A stretch of DNA of 63,041 nucleotides, the filler included, from Octopus bimaculoides (lineage: Eukaryota): assembly GCF_001194135.2 (NCBI RefSeq). It is 4 parts of 4 records of this genome, joined end to end, with 100 filler letters (N's around TTAATTAATTAA, not from the genome) between each part and the next. Parts side by side here need not be neighbours in the genome. Positions count along the whole stretch, not along the records: positions 25,793 to 53,120 come from NC_068983.1; 3 more parts are not named here. The stretch is one strand, 5' to 3'. Under the pieces are notes generated by a model. That model made no database searches. It saw only the letters and a program-made list of their open reading frames with translations, and was not told where the DNA came from. A program made the translations under genes and the position numbers. Below, piece after piece: positions 37,080 through 50,694 of this stretch (within the stretch, counting starts at the first letter, position 1; every line of letters begins with the position of its first letter).

Positions 37080-39000
37080 GATATTACGAGACAAAGTAGC
37101 TCAAGTGCCAATACGTATAGAAGTGAGAGCGGGCAGCTTTGATGGACCGAGTGTGTTATACCGAACGGCTCCGATAGGTGGCCGTCTACTTTGACAACTG
37201 AACCGGTGCCGCTGTCCATTGCAGCGATCCAGCCTATGAAGAGGTGTCCGAAATCGACTGCTTTCAGAAAGGCTTCCAAGTAATGATAGTCGACCAACCT
37301 ATCGAAAGCTTTTGATTGATCAAATTGATCAGAGCACTGCGAATGCAGCTGTGGTCCGAGCCCTCTTTACGATGTATCGCATAAGGTGGAGGTTGTTGTG
37401 GATAGACCTTGATTTCGCACATTTGCGTTTCTCCGATCAGGCTACCGACGACAAGCGCTAGTCTTTTAGTTAACACATTGGCCAAAATCTTAATCTCTGT
37501 GTTTAGAATAGTTATGGGCCGAAAATTCTCTAGTACGTCTCTATTGTCGGCATCCTTCCTCAACAGTGTCACCACATCTCTGCTAACAGCACAAGGAATT
37601 CTCCCGTTCTGTTGCAGTTGACATCTGCCAAGAGGTCTCCAAACAAATCTGGAATGAATACATAGAATCGTAGGGCAGACCATCTAAACTGGGCGATCTG
37701 CGAATTGAGCAATCGCTATTCGCCTCCCAAATTTCAGCGGCTGTTATTAGCCTTTCACATAATCTCGCGTCAGTACCGTTGTCTCCCCATCGCCCTCTCG
37801 ATACAGCCGTGAGAAGTGCTGCTGAATAGCCGCTGAATAGCCGCTCGGAGTCGCGATGCACGCGCACGTCCAGGTATGTCAAAGACCTGATCGTGGTTTT
37901 GATTCCTCGTCGTGTCTCCACTGTTCAAGCCCATCGGACAGTTTTAGTTCATTCCTGTTTGAGCGCATGGGCCTTAGCTTTAACAACGCAACCTTCGTAT
38001 TTCGCTTCAAAGAAAATCATCAAGGGTCATTCTCGCCGCCAACTCATCGGTCGCAATGCCGTTCTTAATCGCCTCTTCTAATTTGCTAACTAGTTCAACC
38101 TCAAATTTTATCATTTTTATGGTTATCTCTTTGCTAAAAGCTATCAATTGAGCTATAATCACCTTCTTCAGGGGGCCCCCACCGGTTGTTGAAGACTGTT
38201 CCCGTCAAGTGCCACCTAACTAGTTCATTAATCCGGTCCCTGTAGTCTTTGCAAGCCAGATAGGACGCGTTTAACTTCCAGTAACCGGGTCCCTGTCTAC
38301 GTGTCCTATCTAAGTCGACTGTGCAGATCACAAACTTGTGGTCTGCGTAGCCGACCAATTGAAATTGTGGACAACCTATACCATCCCTATCCTCTGACTT
38401 AAGAAATACTCTATCTAGAAATGATCTGGATGACCCATTGTGGTTGCTCCATGTCCACACTGACACATCAGGGAAATCTAGTCGATACCTATCAGACAAT
38501 TCATAGTAGTTTTTCAAGTTTTGTGCATCCCCTTCGTCTATGTACTAGCTCCACACAGCCCTTTGGTGCGTCCAAAATCCCATTCGACTCCCCTACTAGT
38601 ACTAAACTCCAAGACGTTGCTAGGAAAATTTCTAGACACCTGAAGAAGTCTGGCCTTCCAGGTCTTGTCGGGTCATAGACTACCACCAGTCTAAGTGTTC
38701 CACCTTCGCTACCATTCCCATCTAGGACCACAAAATTGCTACCCGTGTCCAACAACATTGCCTTCGAAATCTAACGATTTTCGGAATAGCACTGCCACCC
38801 CACCGTCCGCTCCAGACAGATCACATGATGAGAATATCTCATAGTCATCGAAAATGGGCACTAATGCTTGCGCATTAAAAACCCTTGCCTCCCTAATTGC
38901 AGTCACATCTAAATCTAGTGACCTAATGTCGTTTAGCAAGTGACCTTGCTACTAAGCTGACCCCAAGTCACGAATAGTGACATGCACCGCTCTGCAAACG
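37080..39000 (-). mobile_element. Tx1 (L1-superfamily) LINE ORF2, decayed
   Basis: APE: LNDIRSLDLDVTAIRE…GGVAVLFRK…SDHKFV-like ADHKFV…GYWKLNASYL. RT: SPSLDGLPY, NFRPITILNTEIKILANVLTKRL, DQ.KAFDRL, VHQSCPLSLLYVLALE. Possible ORF1 remnant to about 39700. Confidence 0.9.
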
Positions 39001-39820
39001 ACCATGTTTATCGGAGAAACAAAATGAAAGGTCACTTACTTTGGATTTTGAGAGAGTCAGATGATTCAGCTGCTTCGTTTGAAGCACTATCATTAATGAT
39101 GTGCCTTCCTAAAGTCCTCTCATCCGGCTATTGCCTAAAGTTCCCAATATCTTTTGGCAATTTTTTTTAAAGCTCTAGATAAGTGTTTGAGTCCGTTTTA
39201 TCAACTGTCTCTCATAGGGAGTTTTCGATAGAAGTTCGTCGAACCCTACTCGTTTTGTGTGAATGTTTGTGTTTTCCCTTCCCGCATCAGCTCACTGTTA
39301 CTCTCGCAAACGACTGTGAAGTTGATGATGGGTTCGGGTTCCGCAGTCACTTGTTTGGGTTGCCCTTGTGATTGTTCCTTCTCTTCATGTGTCTGTTACA
39401 TTTTTGGTGCTTTTTGTAGTTGTGGTTGTGGTTGAATGAGTGTTTCATTGCATTTGTTGTTGAGATTCGGGTGTGTGTGTGTCAATGTTGTTAGTGTAGC
39501 TGATGGTTTTGCGAGAAGGAAGAAAGAAAAGTCGATAGATGTGAGTGGTTAGCTTGGGGAATGAAGCAGTTGTGGTCGATGAAAAAGGTAGTAGGAGTAC
39601 CAATAATTGTCAGAGCCCTGGAAACAATGAGAGCAGTACATGGAACAAATAGGGGCTGCAATAAGGGTGGAGCACTTGCAGAAAACCACACTGTTTGGAA
39701 CCACTTGAATATTGCGGAAGGTGCTCGATAAATAAGAGGTGTTACTTTAGTTCAGTTGTAGTGAACAGCTTACACCGTAATACATCTCTGTAATACATCT
39801 CTGTAATACATCAATAATGA

Positions 39821-39852
<32 letters not shown>

Positions 39853-39862
39853 TGAGGACTGG

Positions 39863-40200
39863 ATGCTAAAACTTGTCTCAAAACATGAAAGCAAGAAAGC
39901 ATCTTACTCAGTAACAAAACAGGCAAAGGAATGTCTAAGTGAATTCCAATTGCAACAAATCCAAGAATTAGACGAACTAGAAATACCTGCAGAAAAAGCT
40001 AAGCGCTTCAAAACCCGTGCTAAAATTGCTGCCTTAGATATTATGACTGCAAAATGGCATGGAAAACCTCTCAATGGCAAATACCCAAAGAGAGCGAATA
40101 ATGCAGATATTGACAAAGCCCTTACCCATCAATGGCTAATGGCTTCTGGCTTGAAATCAGAAACAGAGGGGTTTATCATAGCAGCCCGAGATCAATGCCT
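39863..40200 (+). mobile_element. R4/Dong-clade LINE fragment (continues into N gap, followed by (TAA)n)
   Basis: Uninterrupted …KWHGKPLNGKYPKRANNADIDKALTHQWLMASGLKSETEGFIIAARDQC, matching the R4 W..K.LHG…WL…LK.ETEG.I.AAQDQ region. Confidence 0.88.
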
Positions 40201-41010
40201 NNNNNNNNNNNNNNNNNNNNNNNNNNNNNNNNNNNNNNNNNNNNNNNNNNNNNNNNNNNNNNNNNNNNNNNNNNNNNNNNNNNNNNNNNNNNNNNNNNNN
40301 NNNNNNNNNNNNNNNNNNNNNNNNNNNNNNNNNNNNNNNNNNNNNNNNNNNNNNNNNNNNNNNNNNNNNNNNNNNNNNNNNNNNNNNNNNNNNNNNNNNN
40401 NNNNNNNNNNNNNNNNNNNNNNNNNNNNNNNNNNNNNNNNNNNNNNNNNNNNNNNNNNNNNNNNNNNNNNNNNNNNNNNNNNNNNNNNNNNNNNNNNNNN
40501 NNNNNNNNNNNNNNNNNNNNNNNNNNNNNNNNNNNNNNNNNNNNNNNNNNNNNNNNNNNNNNNNNNNNNNNNNNNNNNNNNNNNNNNNNNNNNNNNNNNN
40601 NNNNNNNNNNNNNNNNNNNNNNNNNNNNNNNNNNNNNNNNNNNNNNNNNNNNNNNNNNNNNNNNNNNNNNNNNNNNNNNNNNNNNNNNNNNNNNNNNNNN
40701 NNNNNNNNNNNNNNNNNNNNNNNNNNNNNNNNNNNNNNNNNNNNNNNNNNNNNNNNNNNNNNNNNNNNNNNNNNNNNNNNNNNNNNNNNNNNNNNNNNNN
40801 NNNNNNNNNNNNNNNNNNNNNNNNNNNNNNNNNNNNNNNNNNNNNNNNNNNNNNNNNNNNNNNNNNNNNNNNNNNNNNNNNNNNNNNNNNNNNNNNNNNN
40901 NNNNNNNNNNNNNNNNNNNNNNNNNNNNNNNNNNNNNNNNNNNNNNNNNNNNNNNNNNNNNNNNNNNNNNNNNNNNNNNNNNNNNNNNNNNNNNNNNNNN
41001 NNNNNNNNNN

Positions 41011-41099
<89 letters not shown>

Positions 41100-41152
41100 A
41101 TAATAATAATAATAATAATAATAATGATAATAATAATAATAACAATAATAAT

Positions 41153-41671
41153 TGCAGTACCAGACAGTGGCTCTCATGGCTTCTGATCTTAATTGATTGG
41201 AAGTGTTATCATGCACGTTGTTTTGTCTTGGTATAAAAAGATGGGCTACAACAAATATTCTGCTTAATACCTCAGATTTGCTTGTCAGTTGTTTGACCAT
41301 AACCAGTTGAACATGTCCCTTGGTGGCTGACGATATGTGCATCTCTGATCATGAGCAGAAGTCGTGCGGGAGCATCATAGCCATGTGTTGAGAGGAATTC
41401 TTCAGGGTTTAATTCACCTTTGGAAACATGGGTGTTTTGCTCAACAACCTTAAACAAACCTTATTCAGGGACGTTTTGAGGTATTCTAACTGGGTCCCAC
41501 CTGCGAGGTCATGCGCTGTTTATCTTGATATGAGATCACCATGTCGCGCACATATGGTTGTGATGCATGTGCCTGGTGTACCCTTATCAGACCGGTAGTC
41601 ATGATGGGTATGATGTGCTTCGTATATTTTACCCCAGTGTCATTTTGATGGCATGCACTGCTCTCACACTC
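41153..41671. mobile_element. (TAA)n-embedded ~520-570-bp interspersed repeat, copy 1
   Basis: Aligns along its length with 41785-42230 and 54388-54950; flanked on both sides by (TAA)n; class unknown. Confidence 0.75.
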
Positions 41672-41711
<40 letters not shown>

Positions 41712-41784
41712 TAATAATAATAATAATAATAATAATATAATAATAATAATAATAATATAATAATAATAATAATAATAATAATAA

Positions 41785-42230
41785 ACGCCCTGGTGTAATC
41801 CCAGGCAGTGGCTCTCATGGCTTCTGATCTTAAATGATTTGAAGTGTGAACGTGTATATGTTTCGTTTGATGCAAAATGTGGGCTACAACAAATATTGTG
41901 CTCAATCCCACAGATTTGCTTGTCCGTTTTGCGACCATAACTAGTTGATTACGTCCCTTAGTGGCTGGCGATATGTGAATCTATAACCACAAACATGAGG
42001 AGTGGTTAAATGTCACAGTCATGTATTAAAAAGAATTCTTTGGGACTTGAATAATTAACCCCTAGAAACATGGATTTTTCGTTTATCATCCTTAAAAAAT
42101 CTTTATTCAGGGACATTTTGAAGCAGATGGACATCTCGAATTGAGGAAAATTCTAATTGGGTTCCAGCTGTAAGGTCATACGTTTTTTGTCGTGATATGA
42201 GGTCTCCATGGTGTGCACGTAATGTTGAAC
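41785..42230. mobile_element. (TAA)n-embedded repeat, copy 2 (older, truncated on the right)
   Basis: aacgccctggtgtaatcccaggcagtggctctcatggcttctgatcttaa…. Confidence 0.7.
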
Positions 42231-42619
42231 GTTGCAGAAAACATCACAGAACTTATAAGAGAAAACATTTGAATTTGCGATGCAGAAGTAAGTTGTTATT
42301 GTACTAGAAAATTCAAAGTGGATTTAGTTATTTTGAAAAGAGTATTTCTGTAGTTTGCCACTAAAACTGAGACAAATGAAAGATAGATATATGACGCATC
42401 AAAAAAAGGGGAGTGTATAAACCATTATTATTCGTTGCTGGCGTAAAGTTGTATCACAATGAAGAAAGTCATTCCATTTTTCTCGTCGGCACCTTGTGCT
42501 CAAAATCAAATTTAGAATTTCCAAGTGTTCTATCATTGTGAGGAAAAAATAGAAATATAAAATAGATGGAATAAATCTATTGAAATAAGTGAAGATTGAG
42601 GGATGTTGATGCAAATGAT

Positions 42620-43000
42620 GGTTATGGTAATTTTGGAATCTGATGGTATAAAGGATAAATGAATGAAAGACAAAATCAGTAGAGAATATTTCCGAAATGT
42701 GAATAAGGTATTAAAACTCAATGTCATGAATACCATCACTTTCACGTTCTCAAGAGCAGTATGCATCACCAGATAATGCCCAAATAACCAAATAGAAAAA
42801 CTGAAGAAGTTGAAGAGGTAGATATAAAATAAGGAAATTGACATTCTACAAAGCATTACGCCAACAGTTCAGCTGTTGAAATATATTTCGATAGAAGACA
42901 GGGATAAAGAGGAATTATATGTGCAGGTTTAGCGGTTAAAGAAATTGTTGAAATACATAAGTTGCTGTTTACAGTGGCATGTTGGGAAGAGGTTCTCGCT
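42620..43000 (+). mobile_element. Old R4/Dong-like RT fragment
   Basis: LESDGIKDK*MKDKISREYFRNVNKVLK…EEVDIK…YFDRRQG*RGII. Confidence 0.6.
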
Positions 43001-43384
43001 GATGTGAGGAAAGAAGTAATGTACTCGTAGCTAGGAATTAATATTAGTGTCAGAGAAGTTTAAACAGGAACATTTTCCCCCTAATACTGATGGATGTTGA
43101 AGGGAGAGGTTGTTCCGCATTTAGAGACTTTGATCTTAAAAGAAAGAGGCAGAGGTTTCCATCCAAGTTTCAAAGGATCAAGAATCAATGTAATATATCT
43201 CTCAGGAAGAGTAGATGGTAAAGACGATAAGTCAACATCATGTATAATGTTTAATGAAAGAGAAGATATGCTTATAGTCTTTCAAATTAAGATTCAGGCT
43301 GAGAGCACTTATAAGAACTGGGCATATGAAACGAGTGCTTCCATATACTTGTAAATTAGCGAATCTCGGGAAACTTTGGATTTG

Positions 43385-43393
43385 AGAGCTCTG

Positions 43394-43427
<34 letters not shown>

Positions 43428-43550
43428 GCTGCTGCTACTGCTGCTGCCGCCGCTGCTGCTGCTACTGCTGCTGCCGCCGCTGCTGCTGCGGCTGCTGCTG
43501 CGGCTGCTGATGCGGCTGCTGCTGCCGCTGCTTCTGGTGTTGTTGCTGAT
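43385..43550. repeat. (CTA)n/(CTG)n trinucleotide tract
   Basis: Direct observation. Confidence 0.95.
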
Positions 43551-44178
43551 ACCCCTCAAAGTCCGAACTAACTTATAGATAGAAGTGATTTCTTGTTTCC
43601 ATTAGAAGAAAAAATTAAACGCTAATACGTTATGATAAGAATAAAAATATCCTGTTTAATAATTATAATCTCACAAAAGTTTTGCAAGCGAATAAGGCTG
43701 AAAAGACGATATTATAGCGTTTGTGAGTCAATAAAATCCGCTGAATTATTTAGGCACTTTAGATCAACAAGTTAACCATGAAAGTTGATACTGAATTTGT
43801 CAAATACATAACGAACTATAGGGATTACCTCATCCGTTACAAGATATATATAAACATGTGTGTGTATTGGTGTGTGTATGTGCATGTGTGTGTGTGTGTA
43901 TGTGTGTGTGTGTGTGTGTACGGGTGTGTGAGAGTATATGTGCTATGGGCGAAGGAGTGGTACGTGCATGGAGGAATATAATACTCATGTATAAATTACA
44001 ATCAGAAGCATATTTCAAAAACTTCTGATTGTAGAAAGAGTTTACCAATATTCGTACATTGATTGTTAGTAAAGTTGGATGCTTGAATGGGATACTTCTT
44101 AGGATAACGTGTTAAATATAGTCGTAAAAAGAACTTTAGTTTTCAGTAGTTTGTAATTATTGAAGACAGTAATCTTAC

Positions 44179-44199
44179 CTGCATTGCTGATGCCTTAAT
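44179..44199 (-). CDS. Candidate 21-nt symmetric microexon (IKASAMQ or LRHQQC)
   Basis: ttgtttcgtctccttttacag|ATTAAGGCATCAGCAATGCAG|gtaaga; near-consensus sites on both sides. Confidence 0.4.
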
Positions 44200-46244
44200 C
44201 TGTAAAAGGAGACGAAACAATAATTGTTTGTAAATTTGATGACTGACAGCTACATTTAGAAAATGTCATCATGGTAAAATGCAAGCTCACTTCCATCACC
44301 GTGTTTCATATAAATCATCTGATACGGGTTCCATGTTTGTTGTAGGTTGCTCGGTACTACATTGCTTATAAGTTTCCTTCAATATAATTGTGTCTACATA
44401 GAATTCGTATCTTCTTTCAAATGCCATATCGAATTCTAGTTTTTGTTTGTTTGGAATGTATAATGAATTACTCGGTTCTGTTTGGTGTCATATACAGCAG
44501 TATTTCACCTTTGTTTAGGTTTTCATTACTTTAAGTTTGAAGGACTGTATAGAATTTTGAGACAGTATATTAACCGGGTTTTCCAATCTAGTATCATTGG
44601 ATTTTTCTGGAGTTTAGAGCTGTTAACCCGCCATCAGATTCTGGGTGCCATGAATCAACCAGATACGGCTCTATGTAGTATGCTATTATTGTCACCCAGC
44701 CTCTTATAATATAATAATTATATTCTCGACCGTGCAATGCATAATTTCTACTTGAGAGTTTTGCATTCCTATCCAAAACATTTTTGTTTCAAACTCGAGG
44801 TTGGCTCGCTAGTGATTTATAGCTGCAATGGTATGGGTATATTACTGTGCCGCCAACTAGCCCCTAACTTTGTGAGAGCTTGATCAGGATCAGTTCATTA
44901 TTACCTGCCACTAAATGTCTGTGATAGGTATGTTTTGCAATCTCTCTTTCATATTGAGTTCGCAGACTGGCAAAGTGGTGTAGCTTTGGTTACTAATTCT
45001 ATTCAGTTGGGTGAAGCCTTACAGACAATCGGTCAATGTATGGGATAGATAGTGTTTAATATGTGAATTAACAAGGTTTGGAAGGAATACTATGATGTAG
45101 CTGGAAGTGTGTAATGGTTTAATAAAAGAAACGAAAAATAGGAAAATCAAGTCGAAGGGCTTAACAGGCTCCAACATAGCGTATGGGCGAAACCTAGCTG
45201 TGAACTTTGCATACCAGTGCACACTATCTATTATGAAGCATTCTCCTTTCCATTAGTAAATCATATACATCTAAGAAACAAAGTAAAATTTATATCTACT
45301 GCTTTAGAGAAAATAGTTAATTACCATACAAAAATTTGTTTTTTATTTTCATTATGATTAAAATCGTGCATTTACTAGTTGTTGCTATAATAGTGTCTGA
45401 AATATGTTTTCTTAATATATCTAGCTCACTCTTTGCTTGTTTAGCAAGTCTACATTTGGCTTCAGCTAAAACGCTTTTGTCGACTTTAACTGAATTACGC
45501 AACTCTTGATCGGCTAAACATTTTGTTATAGAATATTTATCAAGCTTATGGGGTAATGCTAGAGCTTCTTTCTTGGCATGATATATGTTTGTGTTTATTT
45601 TTTCTCTGCCATGTGCTTGTTATATATTTAGAATGAGACTTGCAATGTGTAGCTTCGACAATCTCAATGAGATATTTTTGTTTTATCATAGTAAGTGCCA
45701 GTTTTACAGATGCACTTGAAAGTTCATATCTTCTATTTTAACTGATTTTAAGAACGTGCTTTTGAATATGAAATCACGTCTGTTCAATTACACAAACATT
45801 CAAAAACATGTCCCTTGGTCGTGGCTGAGCAATTCTAGTTTAAATCCATAGGTTCATTTGTGAAATTGTTATCAAAGAAATGCGAATTTCAGCACATGAT
45901 GAGTTCCAATTATGATTTCCTGCAGGGAGTAGGGATATTTTTTTAACGAACATGATAGTAGGGGCTGGTTCATTTTTAGGATGTTGTCTACTGGGAAGGA
46001 TTATCAGCAAAAAGAGAATGCATTCATAATAAATTCGACCCCAAAAAATCACTGTTTATTTGATATATGGAATGTAATAAATAATAACAACAACAGTTAT
46101 TCAATTTTAATTCCTATTTCATAGTTTAATGCATTTATTTATTAATCTGGATTCCTTTTACTGACTTTTCTTAATATTATCCCAATATTCCGTAAGTTTT
46201 ATTTTCTTTCGTTTACGTTTTAATCTACCATCTAAAATATTTCT

Positions 46245-46318
<74 letters not shown>

Positions 46319-46559
46319 TTCTCTCTCTTTCCTAACACTTAATGCTTGAAAGAATTATAATAACACATTTCTGTTAAATTTGTTATCTTTCCCAGCTACA
46401 TTGAAAAAGATCTAAAATCTCTTTAGTGACTAGCTTTACGCTCACACACACACACACATACACCTGTTCTATTCCTAATTAAAATTTATCTTGTATACCT
46501 GTTCGTTATTTCTCACTACATCTCCAACACAAAGGAAATAACTCATGCACCACGAAAAT

Positions 46560-46860
46560 ACTGGCACTTGGTCGGTTACTACGACGAATGTTGCACTTGA
46601 TTCGATCTACGAAGCAGACTGTTTGTGAAATTAAGCTGCAAGTATTTGAGCACTCCAAAGACATGTGTACACGTAACATAGTTCTCAGGGAGGTTCATCG
46701 TGACAGTGTGACAAGGCATGCCGTTTGAATTACAGATACAACTGATTTTTGCCAGTTGAGTGAACTGGCGCAACATGAAATAAAACGTGCTGCAGGGGAT
46801 TGACCTCACAACCTTACGACAGTATGCGGAATACACTAACCATGAAGCCACTCGCCTTCA
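46560..46860 (-). mobile_element. tRNA-derived SINE
   Basis: Reverse complement of the 22563-22875 family. Confidence 0.75.
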
Positions 46861-47094
46861 CACGCACATAGTCATGCTACCGTAGACTCAACGTCTTCTC
46901 AGTAAGGTTTATCCAATACGATACAGGAGTTTCTATCCTGTCGGTTCGGTTTCTTATGATTAATATCTTTAATTTCAATCTCGTCGAATAGACAGTACCG
47001 ATGTTGAAGAGTGATAATTGCAACTTAACCAATAAGTAAATCGTTGAAATGAGGATCCGAGTCGCTACGACATTGTAATATTACTTAAATCTAA

Positions 47095-47310
47095 GGAGTC
47101 GAGCTGGCAAAATCGTTAGCACGCCCAGCAAAATGTTTAGTGGCATTTCGTCCATGTTTACGTTCAGAGTTAAAATTCGGCCGAGGTTCGTTTTATATTT
47201 CTCTCGAAGTCAATAATATAAGTACCTGTGAGGCACTGGAGTCGATGTAATCGACGCAAACTACACCAATCTCAAATTGCTGGTCTTGTGTATAATGAAT
47301 ATAATGAAAA
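47095..47310 (+). mobile_element. SINE with Meta-like domain
   Basis: gagctggcaaaatcgttagcacg…gagttaaaattc…gtcgatgtaatcgac. Confidence 0.75.
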
Positions 47311-47850
47311 TAATGCACGAAAACGGACACACTCGAATGGATTTTACAACAAAAGAATCAAAGTACAAGATTATAATCTGAATATATTTATGCATACTTT
47401 CTCAATAAAGTCGAGCGTATAACTTATAGAAGCAGTCTAAGCAGAAAGAAAACATACACAAAAAATCAGAAAAATATATACAAACGGTAAAGATACGGAA
47501 ATATTGCATTGGTAATAGCAAGGGAAATATTTGCTGCGAAGAATAATGTCCCATTCAGCACTATATGTATGTGTAAATATAAAGACAGACAGACAGACAG
47601 ACATACATATATAAGATCNNNNNNNNNNNNNNNNNNNNNNNNNNNNNNNNNNNNNNNNNNNNNNNNNNNNNNNNNNNNNNNNNNNNNNNNNNNNNNNNNN
47701 NNNNNNNNNNNNNNNNNNNNNNNNNNNNNNNNNNNNNNNNNNNNNNNNNNNNNNNNNNNNNNNNNNNNNNNNNNNNNNNNNNNNNNNNNNNNNNNNNNNN
47801 NNNNNNNNNNNNNNNNNNNNNNNATATATATAGATAGATAGATAGATAGA

Positions 47851-47881
<31 letters not shown>

Positions 47882-48534
47882 GGTGGTTGCAGCCTTTGCT
47901 GCGATATTAGTATTGCTTCCATAGTCAGACTCCTCTTTCAGCGAGGATTTCTATTTAGTGCGGAAGCATTTTCTGTTAATGTTTCCAATGAAAACTTATT
48001 TTACGCTGTATTTCATGGTGTGTTGTAATCACTTCTTCTTACGTATAATATATTAACCGCTATGTTACATACCGTATATAGAATGTAGATTTACATAAAA
48101 TGAATTAAAAATTATATATATTTATAAACTATATATCTCGATGAAATTTAAACATTTATCAGTCTATGTTAAATATTCTGATATTCTCATATTTTGTGAA
48201 ATTCTGCACAAATATATAATTTATCGTAGAGCCACACAGATACATATGCATACACACGTAAACACATACCCAAAAGGACGAAGACATATGCACATGTATA
48301 CGCATTGTAGTAGACAGTAGAAAAGATACACATAAGAAATGAACATTACTCAATAATTCAAAATATTCTGACGAATTTAGAAGAACTATGTAGAATGTAA
48401 TACATATATTGTGAAAAACTTGAAACTGTGTATGAGATTACTATAATAATTTTAACCATATTTCTAAAGGCTCCACGTACGTTATATACCTGAATGCACA
48501 CGTACAGACAAGCATACCATTGAAACAATATTAT

Positions 48535-48735
48535 GCGGCGAGCTGGCAGAATCGTTAGCACGACTGGCGAAATGCTTAGCGGTATTTCGCCCGTCGCTAC
48601 GTTCTGAGTTGAAATTCCACCGAGGTCGACTTTTCCATTCATCCTTTCGGGGTCGATTACAAAAGAACCAGTTACGCACTGATGTTGATGTAATCTATTT
48701 AATCTCTTTGTTTGTCTGCTGTGGGCAATAAAGAA
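48535..48735 (+). mobile_element. SINE with Meta-like domain
   Basis: ggcgagctggcagaatcgttagc…gaggtcgacttttccattcatcctttcggggtcgatt…gggcaataaagaaat. Confidence 0.85.
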
Positions 48736-48778
48736 ATAAATATTATGCATTTTCCAAAGCTACCGCACTCCAGCTCAC

Positions 48779-48792
48779 GTAAGCGCTAAATT
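48779..48792 (-). CDS. Candidate 14-nt microexon
   Basis: gtttgtttgttttttag|AATTTAGCGCTTAC|gtgagc. Joins 44179-44199 without a stop in two frames (xFSAYIKASAMQ, NLALTLRHQQC). Confidence 0.2.
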
Positions 48793-50694
48793 CTAAAAAA
48801 CAAACAAACATATATTTGGCTCAGCTACAAATACAAGGGGATATAAATATTGTTTCGGAATCCAACAGAAGTCCATAACTGCTTGATACTCTACAATTTT
48901 TCAATTATTACATCTGTGTACTGCTATTTAGGAACATGGTATATTGAAAAGAAATATACACTGCGCTTCCTTTACTTAACAGACCATTCATTCCAAATCT
49001 TTGTTTAAACATTCAGTTTCTTTTAATAACCAATCACCATATTTTTCAAACTTTCACATTTTTCTCTGAAACAATAAACCACATTATTCCCCAGCAATTG
49101 AAAACTTTAGACATTTATTGTTTACTTCTTTTCTTTTTTTACTAAAAATACAGCTTTCTATTTTACAAAATATATTACAAATGAAATTTATCACAACTAA
49201 TTAAATTATCACTTCGCTGAATCTTGAATTTCTAGAAAGACTCATTTTATACAATACACACATACACGGCCAGCAAACACAGAAAAATACACATACACAC
49301 ACAGACAAGTACAACACGCGTACACATACACCATACACACAATAATGTATCAATAATGCCAAACAAAAAATAATGCCGCAGTGCTTCAAATGTAGGCTGA
49401 AATCAGTTTCCGTGTGTGATGTCAGTTATAAATGCCGAAACTTATGCAATGATTATTAAGGAATGTAAAAGATAAAACCGGTACTGATTCAGGTCAAATC
49501 TGCGAAATTGCATTTAAATTCAAAGGTAACCTGTAATTTAAATTCAAATTCACAGATTATATATATTCAGCTATTAGCTGGGATCATATAATCGAGTATT
49601 AAGAAAGTGATTTAGCCTGAAAAATTCCCATAATAACTACGCAACTCATAATATGTATTTTATAAATTCTTTATTACGATTATGTATTTTTTTCTCATCT
49701 CTAGAGCTCCCCTTTAGTATTTCATGGTACTAAGCAGTCATTAACAATGAGTAACGAAACAATATATATAAGTCGCATGAACGTTATTAAATTTCCATTC
49801 TGTAGAAAGGATTAAGCCTATTCATTGTAAAGAAGTGATATTAGTAGAAGCAGTAAATCATTAGTTGTGATATATGGACATCGCATTTACCAAACTGTTT
49901 TTGTGTGTATTGTGTTCTTATATAAAAAAAACCTTTTTTCTTTTCTATTTACTGTAATCCTAATGTTTTTCATCGATTCTCATAAACCAGTCAGTAAAAT
50001 ATTCTCCTCTATTCAAATCTTGCCAAGGTTCTATTAGGTATCCAATGCCTTGGCCGTAGTAGTTACCGGAAGTTGACTCAGAGAATTGATGAAGGGAACA
50101 TCACGCCGACTGTTGGAGAGAGATTGACAAAATGATAATCTGAAACCACTATATAAGCAAAATACGATGGACTTGGTGAAACCTCTCAACCAAACACTTC
50201 ACGGGAATTCCAACCACGTTTCGTGGTTCGCTATCTCAACAACTCCTTTATAGGATCTAGTGGCTAAAGACATCTCTTTCCGAGGTCTTCAGCTCTGGTG
50301 TTGAGTCCGTTTCTTCTTTCTCCTTTTTTCTTTTGTTCTTTAGTTTCTTCGATGCAGCGTCAACGAATGTCTGCGGGTGACTGATCATCTTGTAAAATTA
50401 CCTATTAAATACTCGCCGGTAGGCTCCAGTAAACAGCACCAGCTAACTGTAACGTGACACTATCTAAGCTTCAACTGACCAATGGAGGGAAGGACGCGTA
50501 GATTTAGCCCCTCTCTAAATTTGCCTTCGAACAGTGTCACGTTAGTTTCAGTGCCAGCAGCCACAGACGGCCAGCTGTTTGGTGGCACAAAACTTTGAAC
50601 CAGAAAGAAGGCGCACTATGGACGAGATCGCTACCTTGGCCCGCCTGTCAATCAGCGTTGCTGCTTAAGTGTCAGCCAGCCTCACCTAGCGAAC

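Noticed and set aside
42440-42490. CCGACGA on the minus strand followed by a stem
   Set aside because: No GAAA or helix III/I downstream.
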